A stretch of DNA of 40,622 bases from an uncultured Verrucomicrobiales bacterium (GTDB lineage Bacteria; Verrucomicrobiota; Verrucomicrobiia; Limisphaerales; JACDHS01). The position numbers and the translations under genes are program-made. The stretch lies in contig CALJZV010000351.1 in the NCBI GenBank assembly GCA_937983475.1, positions 1 to 40,622 of the forward strand, written 5' to 3'. Positions 23,270 through 32,322 of the stretch are shown here, in pieces. How positions within the stretch are numbered: the first letter of the stretch is position 1; each line of letters begins with the position of its first letter. Below the pieces are notes generated by a model. That model had not been told where the DNA came from. It did not search any database and was given only the letters and a program-made list of their open reading frames with translations.

Positions 23270-25099
23270 ATGGCGGACGCAAAACAGCACCAATACGACG
23301 AAAGCAAGATCAAAACCCTCTCCAGCCTGGAGCACATCCGGCTGCGCACCGGCATGTATATCGGGCGCATTGGGGACGGCTCTCACTATGATGACGGCTG
23401 TTACATTTTGCTGAAAGAAGTCATCGATAATGCCATTGACGAATTCATCATGGGCCACGGCAAGGAGGTGCAGATCACCGTGGACGGCAGCACCGTTTCC
23501 GTGCGCGATTTCGGGCGAGGCATCCCTCTGGGCAAAGTCGTGGACTGCGTCTCCAAGATCAACACCGGCGCCAAGTACAATGACGATGTGTTTCAATTTT
23601 CTGTCGGCCTCAATGGCGTCGGCACCAAGGCGGTCAACGCCTTGTCCAAGGAATTTGTGGTGCGCAGCCATCGCGAGGGCGAGTTTGTGGAGGCTGGCTT
23701 CCGGCAAGGCAGGCTCAAGAAGGAAAACACAGGCAAAACCAGCGAGCCCAACGGCACCTTCATCCGGTTTGAACCCGATCCGGAGATTTTCAAGAAATCC
23801 GAATTCCGCTCTGAATTCATCGAGCGGAGGCTCCGCCATTACAGCTACCTTAACACCGGGCTGAAACTGGTGTTCAATGGAAAGGTGTTTCAATCACGCC
23901 GGGGGCTAATGGACCTGGTCCTCGAAGATCTCGAGTCCGACCAGAGCGAGCCTATTTACGCGCCGCTGCATTATTCCAGCAAGACGCTGGAGTTTTGCTT
24001 CACCCATACCAACAGCCGCTACGGCGAGACGTTTTATTCCTTCGTCAACGGCCAGTTCACTTCAGACGGCGGCACGCATTTAAGCGCCTTCCGGGAAGGA
24101 TTGCTCAAGGCGGTCAACGAGTACGCCAAGGGGCGCTTCGACGGCGATGACGTCCGTGAATGCATGGTGGGCGCGGTGGCCATCCGCCTCAAGGACCCGA
24201 TGTTCGAGTCGCAGACCAAGAACAAGCTGGGCAACACCGAAATTCGCACTGAACTGGTCAACACCGTCCGCGAGGAGCTGCTTCATTTTTTCAATCGCAA
24301 CAAGGATATCGCCGAGAAAATCATCGCGAAGGTCCAGGACACCCAGCAGCTTCGCAAGGAGTTGCAGGAGGTCAAAAAACTCGCCCGCGAGCGCGCCAAG
24401 GCCGTCACGTTGCGCGTGCCGCAGCTCAAGGACTGCAAGAACCATTTTGACCGCAAGCGGGACAAGGGCCATGGCACCATGGTGTTCATCTGCGAAGGCC
24501 AGTCTGCCGCGGGCTCCATCACCAGTTGCCGCGACGTGAATAACCAGGCCGTGTTCGTCCTGAAGGGCAAGCCGCTCAATGTCTGGGACCTCAAGCGCGA
24601 TGTCGTTTACAAGAACGACGAGATGTACAACCTCATGCGCAGCCTGGACATCGAGGACAACATCGAAGGATTGCGCTACGAGAAGGTCATTCTCGCCACC
24701 GACGCCGATGTGGACGGACTGCACATCCGCAATCTGCTGATCACTTACTTTTACCGGTTCTTCGAGCAGCTCGTCCACGACGGGCACCTCTATGTGCTGG
24801 AAACCCCCTTGTTCCGTGTCCGCAACAAACAGGAGACCATCTACTGTTACTCGGAGGCCGAGCGGGACGCGGCTTCGGCTAAATTGGGCGGAAAGCCGGA
24901 GATCACGCGCTTCAAGGGGTTGGGCGAAATTTCACCGGGCGAATTCAAGCAGTTCATCGGCAAGCAAATGCGCCTGAGCCAGGTGGAATACGCGCCCAAG
25001 CATGACGCGCACAACATTCTGGGATTTTACATGGGCAAGAACACGCCCGACCGCAAGGAGTACATCATGGGCAACCTGGTGGTGCCGGTGGAGGACTAA
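23270..25099 (+). CDS. parE: Type IIA topoisomerase subunit B (topoisomerase IV ParE-like, 609 aa)
   Basis: YDESKIKTLSSLEHIRLRTGMYIG, GHKL ATPase motifs (EVIDNAIDE, DFGRGIP, GLNGVGTKAVNA), Toprim motifs (FICEGQSAAGS, ILATDADVDGLHI) and KGLGE. The short length, lacking the GyrB insertion, favours ParE. Confidence 0.85.
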   Translation: MADAKQHQYDESKIKTLSSLEHIRLRTGMYIGRIGDGSHYDDGCYILLKEVIDNAIDEFIMGHGKEVQITVDGSTVSVRDFGRGIPLGKVVDCVSKINTGAKYNDDVFQFSVGLNGVGTKAVNALSKEFVVRSHREGEFVEAGFRQGRLKKENTGKTSEPNGTFIRFEPDPEIFKKSEFRSEFIERRLRHYSYLNTGLKLVFNGKVFQSRRGLMDLVLEDLESDQSEPIYAPLHYSSKTLEFCFTHTNSRYGETFYSFVNGQFTSDGGTHLSAFREGLLKAVNEYAKGRFDGDDVRECMVGAVAIRLKDPMFESQTKNKLGNTEIRTELVNTVREELLHFFNRNKDIAEKIIAKVQDTQQLRKELQEVKKLARERAKAVTLRVPQLKDCKNHFDRKRDKGHGTMVFICEGQSAAGSITSCRDVNNQAVFVLKGKPLNVWDLKRDVVYKNDEMYNLMRSLDIEDNIEGLRYEKVILATDADVDGLHIRNLLITYFYRFFEQLVHDGHLYVLETPLFRVRNKQETIYCYSEAERDAASAKLGGKPEITRFKGLGEISPGEFKQFIGKQMRLSQVEYAPKHDAHNILGFYMGKNTPDRKEYIMGNLVVPVED

Positions 25100-25106
25100 T
25101 CCCCGG

Positions 25107-26366
25107 TCAAGGCACTTCCAGGTTTTCCCCTTTTCTTCCGGCGACCACATTCGCCACCGTGGCCTTAGGCGGGTCCCGGAAGAAAATCACAAATACCACC
25201 AGCACCGCCACCGCGCCAATTGCCGGCGCCAGCCAGATGTTTTTCCAGTTGTGAACCACCGGGCCCGCGGCATCCGCCAGTTTGTTTATCGCGAGAACCT
25301 TCCCGGCAAGCATCGTGCCGACAAACGCGCCCACGCCCCACAGGATGAAGGCAATAAAACCCTGGCAGGCGCCGCGAATGCGCTCATTGGCCTCGTCATC
25401 CACATACAGTTGCCCGGCAATGAATAAAAAGTCGTAGCAAACGCCATGCAGCAGGATGGCGGCAAAAATCATCAGCGTCCCAACGCCCGCCGCATCCACG
25501 CTCCCGGCCAAAAGGAAATACCGCGCCGCCCAGGCCAGGATTCCGATCATCAAGGTCTTTTTGTATCCCAGGCTCTTGAGCATCAACGGCAGCAGGAAAA
25601 GGAAAACCACGTCGGACACCTGGGCCAGTGTCATTTTTCCGGCAAGCCCGGTCCATTGCAGCTCTGTGAGATAAATGGACATCATGACGAAATAAAAATA
25701 GAGCGGGATGCAGATGAGAAACATGCAGGCCACGAAGATGGCGAACGAGGGTTTCTTCAATAGCGCCAATGCATCCAGACCCAATATTTCGCCAATGGCG
25801 ATGTTCCCTCCCACTTTCTTCGGCGGCGTGTGCGGCAGGGCCAGCGAAAACACGCCCAGCAGAATGGAGGCGCCTCCCGCAAGGTAGTATTGAATCGGTG
25901 ACTGCTCGCCCTTGAGCAAACTCAATGTGACGCCGCCGGCGATCCATCCGATGGCGGAGAAGATTTTGATTCTCGGAAAATCGGTCTTGGCGTCTCGCAG
26001 ATGATGCAGGGAGAGCGAATTGCCCAAAGCCAGCGTCGGCGCGTACAGGGCGCAGTAGAGAATCAGCGTCGGGTAGAACGTCTTGAACACGGTCAGTTGC
26101 GGCAAAATGCAAAGCACCAGTCCTCCAAGAATGCCAAGGACCGCCAGCAGCTTCTCGGAGGCAAAGTAACGGTCGGCCACCAGGCCGACAAAGAACGGCG
26201 AAATCATCGCGCCGATGGCGAACGCGCCGTAGGCTGCGCCAATTTCCTCGCCGCCAAATTTGAGGGTGTTGAACAGATAGGTTCCCAGGCTCACGTACCA
26301 TGCGCCCCAGATGAAGTACTGGAGGAACATGAAAAAGGAGAGTTTGGCTTTGAGTTGCATTTGCAT
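25107..26366 (-). CDS. MFS transporter, nucleoside:H+ symporter (NHS, NupG-like) family
   Basis: The N-terminus KAKLSFFMFLQYFIWGAWYVSLGTYLF resembles the NupG/XapB/YegT N-terminus. About 12 hydrophobic segments. 419 aa. Confidence 0.75.
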   Translation of the reverse strand: MQMQLKAKLSFFMFLQYFIWGAWYVSLGTYLFNTLKFGGEEIGAAYGAFAIGAMISPFFVGLVADRYFASEKLLAVLGILGGLVLCILPQLTVFKTFYPTLILYCALYAPTLALGNSLSLHHLRDAKTDFPRIKIFSAIGWIAGGVTLSLLKGEQSPIQYYLAGGASILLGVFSLALPHTPPKKVGGNIAIGEILGLDALALLKKPSFAIFVACMFLICIPLYFYFVMMSIYLTELQWTGLAGKMTLAQVSDVVFLFLLPLMLKSLGYKKTLMIGILAWAARYFLLAGSVDAAGVGTLMIFAAILLHGVCYDFLFIAGQLYVDDEANERIRGACQGFIAFILWGVGAFVGTMLAGKVLAINKLADAAGPVVHNWKNIWLAPAIGAVAVLVVFVIFFRDPPKATVANVVAGRKGENLEVP

Positions 26367-26472
26367 GATGAATGCCCGCGAACCTACGGAAAGTTTTCCC
26401 TGTCGAGAAGGATAAAAAACATCCGCAGAAACTTTCCGGGAGCATCCAGGGGCGTTTCCCGTCTAATGGGTT

Positions 26473-28797
26473 ATGAAACGGATACTTTTGATGTTGGCCC
26501 TGGCGTTTAATTTCACCATCGGTTCCCCTGCCCCGCTGCGAGCGCAAATCTTCATTCCCGATCACAACATCTGGCCGCCGCCGCTGCCGCGACCCATTCC
26601 CCGCCCAACGCCCGTTCCCCCGCCGCGACACTGGACGCCGCTGGAGATTCGTTCCAGCCAGTTGAACGTGGAGGTCACCGACCAAATCGCCGTCACCACC
26701 ACGGAGCAGGAGTTCTACAATCCCAATGCGCAGCGTCTGGAGGGCAGTTTTCTCTTCCCGCTGCCAAAGGACGCCCACATCAGCCAGTTCACTCTGGAAA
26801 TTGACGGCAAACCGGTCGAGGCCGAACTGCTCCATGCCAAAAAGGCCCGCCAAATCTACGAGGACATCGTGCGGCGCGTGAAGGACCCTGCCCTGCTGGA
26901 ATATGGCGAGCGTGGCCTTTACAAGGTGCGCGTTTTTCCCATCGAGGCCCACGCCAGTCGCCGCGTGAAACTGACCTACTCGCAGGTGCTCAAGGCCGAT
27001 TCGGGCATAGTCGCGTGCGTGGTCCCCCTGAACCTTCAGAAGTTTTCCGCGCAGCCTTTGGGCAAATTAAAACTGAACATCGCCCTGAAAACCTCGCGCC
27101 CGATCAAGACCCTGTTTTCTCCAAGCCATGAAGTCGCCATCACCCGGGACGGCACCCATCGCGCCACAATTTCCTACGAGGCAAATGACATTCTGCCCGA
27201 TCGCGACTTTCAGTTGCTCTTCAGCCAGGAGAGCGGCGAACTGGGGTTCAGCCTGCTGACGCATCGCGCTTCGGGAGAGGATGGATATTTCCTCTTGTTC
27301 GCCACGCCCGCAACCGAACTCAACCCGCGGGACGTGCTGGCCAAGGATGTCGTGTTCGTGATGGACACCTCCGGATCGATGTCGGGCAAAAAAATCGAGC
27401 AGGCCAAAAAGGCGCTCCAGTTCTGCGTGGAAAACCTCAATGAAACCGATCGTTTCGAGATCATCCGGTTTGCCACCGACATCGAACCACTCTTCCAAAA
27501 CCTGGCCATCGCATCCGCCGCCCACCGGCAACAGGCCGAGGCGTTCATCGGCAATCTCAAGGCGCTGGGGGGCACGGCCATCAATGACGCACTGCAACGG
27601 GCGCTGGCGCTGCGGCCCGCTGATTCCAAGCGGCCGTTCTTCGTTATTTTCCTCACGGATGGATTGCCGACCGTCGGGCCGACCGATGAGAAAACCATCC
27701 TGGCCAATGTTCGCGGCGACCGGAACGCCAACACGCGGGTCTTTTGCTTTGGCGTGGGAACCGACGTCAATGCGCACCTGCTGGACAAGATTGCCGAGGA
27801 AACCCGCGCCATCAGCCAGTATGTGTTGCCCGAGGAAGACCTTGAACTGAAACTCTCGAGTTTCTTCAGCAAAATCAAGGAGCCGGTGCTGGCTGCGCCA
27901 AAGCTTCATTTTCCTCAAGGCGTTCGGGCCTCCAAATTTCATCCCTCGCCGCTGCCGGATTTGTTCAAGGGAGAGCAACTCTTGGTGGCCGGGCGCTACA
28001 CCGGCAAGGGAGACGGCAAGCTGGTCCTGGAGGGCGCCATCAACGGCAGGAGCAAGACCTTTTCATTTGACGCAAACTTCCCAAACGCCGATGCCCAGAA
28101 CGACTTCATCCCACGGCTCTGGGCCACCCGCCGTGTCGGGTTTCTCCTGGATGAAATGCGGCTGCACGGCGAAAGCGCCGAGCTGCGCGATGAGGTCACC
28201 GAACTGGCGCGCAAATATGGCATCGTGACACCCTACACCGCCTATTTGATCCTTGAGGACGAGCAGCGCCGCAATCTGCCAACGGCTTACCGGACGCTGC
28301 AACCGATCGAGGAGCAGGCCGCGTTGCGCTGGGAAGCCAAGGTAGTTTACGAGTCGCTGGCTCAGGATAAAAGCGGCGACACAGGCATTGCCGCCGCCCG
28401 CCAGGGACAGGCCCTGAAATCGGCCACCGCGCCGCAGTCCTCCATCCGGCGCAGCGCCGACGAAGTGGCCCGCGGTTTTATTTCGCCAAAACCCGCTACT
28501 CCGGGCGCGAAAAATAAATTCCAGTTGCACGGCGCGTTCACGGAGTTCAATGAAAAACTGGAGCAGTCCGCGCAGCAGATGCTGTTTGTCGCCGGGAAAA
28601 ACTTCATTCAAAGCGGAACACAATGGATCGACGTGGAGGCTCAAAAGATGGCGGAAGCCAAACCGATCCGCATCCAGTTCAATTCACGCGAGTATTTTGC
28701 CTTCGCGGCAAAGCATCCCTCAGCCGCGCCCTGGCTGGCTTTGGGCCAGAACCTCCAGTTCGTCCACGATGGCAGATTGTATGAAATCTACGAGTGA
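26473..28797 (+). CDS. Secreted VIT domain + von Willebrand factor A domain protein
   Basis: Signal peptide MKRILLMLALAFNFTIGSPAPLRAQ. VIT-like block VEVTDQIAVTTTEQEFYNPNAQRLEGSFLFPLPKDAHISQFTLEIDGKPVEAEL. vWA MIDAS motif VVFVMDTSGSMSG, plus GGTAINDAL and IFLTDGLPTVG. Confidence 0.9.
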   Translation: MKRILLMLALAFNFTIGSPAPLRAQIFIPDHNIWPPPLPRPIPRPTPVPPPRHWTPLEIRSSQLNVEVTDQIAVTTTEQEFYNPNAQRLEGSFLFPLPKDAHISQFTLEIDGKPVEAELLHAKKARQIYEDIVRRVKDPALLEYGERGLYKVRVFPIEAHASRRVKLTYSQVLKADSGIVACVVPLNLQKFSAQPLGKLKLNIALKTSRPIKTLFSPSHEVAITRDGTHRATISYEANDILPDRDFQLLFSQESGELGFSLLTHRASGEDGYFLLFATPATELNPRDVLAKDVVFVMDTSGSMSGKKIEQAKKALQFCVENLNETDRFEIIRFATDIEPLFQNLAIASAAHRQQAEAFIGNLKALGGTAINDALQRALALRPADSKRPFFVIFLTDGLPTVGPTDEKTILANVRGDRNANTRVFCFGVGTDVNAHLLDKIAEETRAISQYVLPEEDLELKLSSFFSKIKEPVLAAPKLHFPQGVRASKFHPSPLPDLFKGEQLLVAGRYTGKGDGKLVLEGAINGRSKTFSFDANFPNADAQNDFIPRLWATRRVGFLLDEMRLHGESAELRDEVTELARKYGIVTPYTAYLILEDEQRRNLPTAYRTLQPIEEQAALRWEAKVVYESLAQDKSGDTGIAAARQGQALKSATAPQSSIRRSADEVARGFISPKPATPGAKNKFQLHGAFTEFNEKLEQSAQQMLFVAGKNFIQSGTQWIDVEAQKMAEAKPIRIQFNSREYFAFAAKHPSAAPWLALGQNLQFVHDGRLYEIYE

Positions 28798-29115
28798 GAC
28801 AGAAAAGAGACACTCATCAGCGTGCAATTCAAAGTGAGGTGGAGACAAACAGGGATTGGAGCGCGGATGTGTCGCAGACCAGCCGCAGCAATGTTCGGTC
28901 TCCTTTCGATCCCATATATCATTCGCCTGACAGTTTATCAAAAGTTGCTGCGCCTGGGTCTTCACCACAGGCGCGCTCCTGTAATTACAATGATTGTTCG
29001 GGGCGATTCCCAAGCCATCTGCCACTGTTTTCGAAGGCGCGAACCTTACCAAGTTGCCACAGCGCTGGACTGCAATCCCGCCTCCGCCCGCTCCGATCAA
29101 AGTTAGCCTTGGAGG

Positions 29116-29658
29116 TTAGGCTACTCGGTGTGTCCTCTCATAAATCTCTCCGAACGTGATGTCCTCGCGCCACGATGCGGCAAAATCAATATCGTATCGC
29201 TTTCGCAGCGACTCGCAAAATGTCTCCAACTCCATGCCATCAAAAGCACTCCCGGGCGGATAGACTGCGTAATACACATCCATGACTCTGTCCTCAGGTC
29301 GAAAACAACATCGCCGCGCTCGTCGAAAACCAAATGCATCGATGAACAGGTCGAGAAACTCACGAATCTGCGCCTTTGACGCGTCTGGAAACCGGCGACG
29401 CCAACGAACGCCAGCGCAAGCGCGCTCCCAATACGAGCGCAATGCCTTCCGCGTCTGAATCTCCATCAACACGCCGCCAACAACCGCCACGACCGAAAAA
29501 AGCACAATCGGTATCCACTTCGCGTCGAAGTCCAAATGCCAGTAAGCAACTAACTCACCCGCGAGAATCAATCCCGCTATAAGCAAACCCACGAGTATTC
29601 GAATCGCTGACATGCGTAAAGTAGCCGAACGATCACCGCTCTGGTTAGGCATCAACAT
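29116..29658 (-). CDS. Hypothetical two-TM membrane protein with a C-terminal cytoplasmic domain (unknown family)
   Basis: I chose the start MLMPNQ (ATG 29658 or 29652), which overlaps the stop of the upstream ORF (29645). TM segments are IRILVGLLIAGLILAGELVAYW and WIPIVLFSVVAVVGGVLMEI. About 51% GC by hand count over 29121-29240. Confidence 0.5.
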   Translation of the reverse strand: MLMPNQSGDRSATLRMSAIRILVGLLIAGLILAGELVAYWHLDFDAKWIPIVLFSVVAVVGGVLMEIQTRKALRSYWERACAGVRWRRRFPDASKAQIREFLDLFIDAFGFRRARRCCFRPEDRVMDVYYAVYPPGSAFDGMELETFCESLRKRYDIDFAASWREDITFGEIYERTHRVA

Positions 29659-29944
29659 TCTCGTCTCCCTTCTCCAATGTCTGCACAAACTCGGGCTCAT
29701 CAACAGACTCAACGTCGACAATGCGAATCTCAACTCGGTCTCCGAGCGATAAAAGCAAGCTCGGCCACATCCCAACCTGAACTTGGTCCGAGGTAATGCC
29801 AGACGTGGCTAACGTGATGGTAGCGTCCTCGGGCTCTGGCAATGGCAACCGGATGAGGCCAACCAATGCATTGAGGGATGAATACTCCTCGCCGCCTATG
29901 GTCAGTTGCTTCTCCCCGTTCACGAAAATCTCGAATGCAATCAT
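29645..29944 (-). CDS. Hypothetical small protein (~99 aa; track ORF extends to 30016), unknown family
   Basis: MIAFEIFVNGEKQLTIGGEEYSSLNALVGLIRLPLPEPEDATITLATSGITSDQVQVGMWPSLLLSLGDRVEIRIVDVESVDEPEF... with an acidic tail. Its stop overlaps the start of the downstream ORF (atgttgatgcctaa). I recognise no motif. Confidence 0.45.
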   Translation of the reverse strand: MIAFEIFVNGEKQLTIGGEEYSSLNALVGLIRLPLPEPEDATITLATSGITSDQVQVGMWPSLLLSLGDRVEIRIVDVESVDEPEFVQTLEKGDENVDA

Positions 29945-30096
29945 GTCGCGGTAATGCCTAATAATTATATTGATCCGCAAAGGCGGCGGTTTCGCAGCCT
30001 GATTCCAGAATTTCAATGCTGGCTTCGGGTTTCATTTTATCAAAACGTAGTTCAACGCTCCCTCCGTTGCCAGTCTCGATCAGGGAGCAAACCCGT

Positions 30097-31374
30097 TCAA
30101 AATGCCTTCCCGCAGGAGACGCGGTACCGAGCCTCTGACTTTCGGTCCCCAGACTTCCCCAACTCGATGACGGCCAAAGCGTTCATCGCCGCCTTGGGAA
30201 TCATGGAGCTGACTTCCACATATTCCTGCTCCTTGGTGCCGTCGGGGCTCTGCTCCGAGCAATGGGCGTTGTCGCCGTTGGGCCCCAGTCCGTCCAGGGT
30301 GGGAACTTTATGGCAAATAAAATTGCCGTCGCTGATGCCGCCCCGCTCCTCCCGCACGGCAGCCAGGCCCATGGCGCGGCTTGCAGCGCTCCAAAGCTGA
30401 AACAGCCGCTCGGTCTTTTCATTTTTCGGCCAGGGCGGACTTTCCTGGGTGATTTCAATTTTTATGCGGCAGGGATGCTCGTCGTCGGCGCTTTTGACCG
30501 AGGAGAGGCTGTTCAACGCCATCAATGCCCGGACGCCTTCCCGGTAGGTGTTCATGTCAAAGGTGCGCATTTCCCCTTCGGCCACCGCCTCGTGCGGCAC
30601 CCGGTTGAGCCCGGCGCCGCCGGAAATGATGCCGACATTGTAGGTCAGTTGCTTTGAGTAGTCGGTCAGCGCAGCGATGCGCTGAACGGCATCGGCCAGC
30701 TGCACGACGGCGTTGGCGCCCCGCTCGTGATGGGAACCGGCATGCGCCCCGCGTCCTTCCGCAGTCACCCGGAACACGGCCCGCCCTTTTCGCGCCGTCA
30801 CGAACGCGTAGGTGTCACCGTTTCGAGCGCCGGCCTCGAACACCAGCGCCCCCAGACAATTCTCCCCCAGACGGTCCAGGCACAGTTTGCCAAAGTCATG
30901 GGACATGACTTCCTCGGAGGAGTTGAGCAGGACCACCCAGTTCATTTCCTCAAAAATTTCCGGCGCGAACTTCATGATGCCCAAAAGCGTCATGTGCAGC
31001 ACGACCGTGCCGCCCTTGATGTCCACGGTTCCGGGCCCGTAAATTCGGTCCCCGGCAGGCCGCCAGGAAAAGTGGTTCCGCTGCTCCTCCTCGGCGGGAT
31101 AAACCGTGTCCAGGTGCGAAATCAGCCCGATGGTCTTGCTGGTCCGCCCCTTTTTGGTCAGCACCAGGTGCTCCCCGAAATCCGGGCGAACGGAGGCCAC
31201 AAATTCGGCCTTGAACCCGAGTTGTTCAAATTCGGCCGCGGTGACCTGGCCCTGCTCGTTGACGCCGGGTTTGTTGGTTGTAAAGCTGTTGATTGCCACC
31301 AGCTTTTTCAGCAACTCCAGTTCGCCTGGAAGCTGCTGTTCTAAGTAGGCCTTTAATTCGTCGTGAAGTTTCAT
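30097..31374 (-). CDS. M20 family metallopeptidase (carboxypeptidase G2-like)
   Basis: LLKKLVAINSFT, metal-binding GLISHLDTVYP, YGPGTVDIKGG, LLNSSEE and a dimerisation-domain insert. 425 aa. Confidence 0.85.
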   Translation of the reverse strand: MKLHDELKAYLEQQLPGELELLKKLVAINSFTTNKPGVNEQGQVTAAEFEQLGFKAEFVASVRPDFGEHLVLTKKGRTSKTIGLISHLDTVYPAEEEQRNHFSWRPAGDRIYGPGTVDIKGGTVVLHMTLLGIMKFAPEIFEEMNWVVLLNSSEEVMSHDFGKLCLDRLGENCLGALVFEAGARNGDTYAFVTARKGRAVFRVTAEGRGAHAGSHHERGANAVVQLADAVQRIAALTDYSKQLTYNVGIISGGAGLNRVPHEAVAEGEMRTFDMNTYREGVRALMALNSLSSVKSADDEHPCRIKIEITQESPPWPKNEKTERLFQLWSAASRAMGLAAVREERGGISDGNFICHKVPTLDGLGPNGDNAHCSEQSPDGTKEQEYVEVSSMIPKAAMNALAVIELGKSGDRKSEARYRVSCGKAF

Positions 31375-31416
31375 GCGTGGCTGATGTGTGAAGAAAATAA
31401 ACGGGATTGAGAATCC

Positions 31417-32322
31417 TCAGGGACGCGCCTTTTTGAACCGGTAAAATACCCGGCTTACTTGGGCACTGGCGTGGCGGGCGTAAAACTTGATCGGCCCAAC
31501 CCAGGGAATGATGGCGGTTTTCCTGCCCTGATTTTTGATGTCCTTCAGGCAACGGCGCAACAGCACGGCACCCACGCCCTTGCCGCGCGCGGCGACAGTC
31601 GTGCCCATCGGGCCAAACCAGCCGGTTCCGACATTATTGCCGTCATAGCCGGCAAACCCGATGAAGTTGCCCTCCAAGAGAGCCACATGCAGACTGATCG
31701 GGGAATTGGAAAACGTGCGTCCGGCCTCGCCATGCCATGCGGCCCAATTTTCAGTCGTCAAAAACTCCATCAATGCATTTTGGTCTTTGGCCTCGGCGCG
31801 GCGGATCTCAATTCCCTGCGCCAGCAGCAGCGCTTCCTCCGACTCCGTGGCGAAGGCCTGCCGGGTCAGGTCCACCTCGAGGTTCCAGGTTTCGCTGAAA
31901 CGCTGGTAACCGTGCTTTTCAAAAAAGAGCAACGCGAACGTGTAGCGCGGGTCGAGTCCGGGCGTCAGATAATTGGGGCCCGATTCAAACAGGCGGATTT
32001 CCGAGGCGCCCTTCTCAAATAAAGTGGTTTCAATTTGCCGCAACAACGCGCTGCCGATGCCCTTGTTGCGAAACGGCTCATCCACGGCAAGGAGCTTGAT
32101 GTAGCCCGTCGCCGATTGGCCAGTCCGGCGGAGAACGCCCACAATGAAGCCAACAGGGCGGCCGTCCTCCTCCGCAACCCAGGCCAGCTCAGGCGAATAG
32201 TCAGGGTCCAAAAACATTTTTTCCGCCAGAAGCGAGGCCGTCAAAGGATCAAAACGGACATTGCGGTTCCACAATGCCAGCAACGCCTCGCTGTCGTCGG
32301 CTGTAACAGGGCGCAGTTTCAT
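31417..32322 (-). CDS. GNAT family N-acetyltransferase (two tandem GNAT folds)
   Basis: Two acetyl-CoA-binding-like motifs: LAVDEPFRNKGIGSALLRQ and GTTVAARGKGVGAVLLRRCL. The ATGA overlap (32319-32322) couples it to the upstream AmpG-like gene. Confidence 0.8.
   Translation of the reverse strand: MKLRPVTADDSEALLALWNRNVRFDPLTASLLAEKMFLDPDYSPELAWVAEEDGRPVGFIVGVLRRTGQSATGYIKLLAVDEPFRNKGIGSALLRQIETTLFEKGASEIRLFESGPNYLTPGLDPRYTFALLFFEKHGYQRFSETWNLEVDLTRQAFATESEEALLLAQGIEIRRAEAKDQNALMEFLTTENWAAWHGEAGRTFSNSPISLHVALLEGNFIGFAGYDGNNVGTGWFGPMGTTVAARGKGVGAVLLRRCLKDIKNQGRKTAIIPWVGPIKFYARHASAQVSRVFYRFKKARP

Noticed and set aside
28798-29115. ORFs 28822-29106(+), 28794-29159(+) and 28720-29100(-) in the gap after the vWA gene.
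   Set aside because: The translations are Arg/Cys/Ser-rich with no motifs or signal sequences, and they overlap one another in several frames. I kept the region as non-coding of unknown function, noted in the cassette finding.
30057-30088. Inverted repeat gctccct-N18-agggagc downstream of the M20 gene, as a possible terminator.
   Set aside because: The 18-nt loop and the lack of a convincing U-run on the minus-strand transcript make an intrinsic terminator call unsupported. It is mentioned only as a possible islet boundary.
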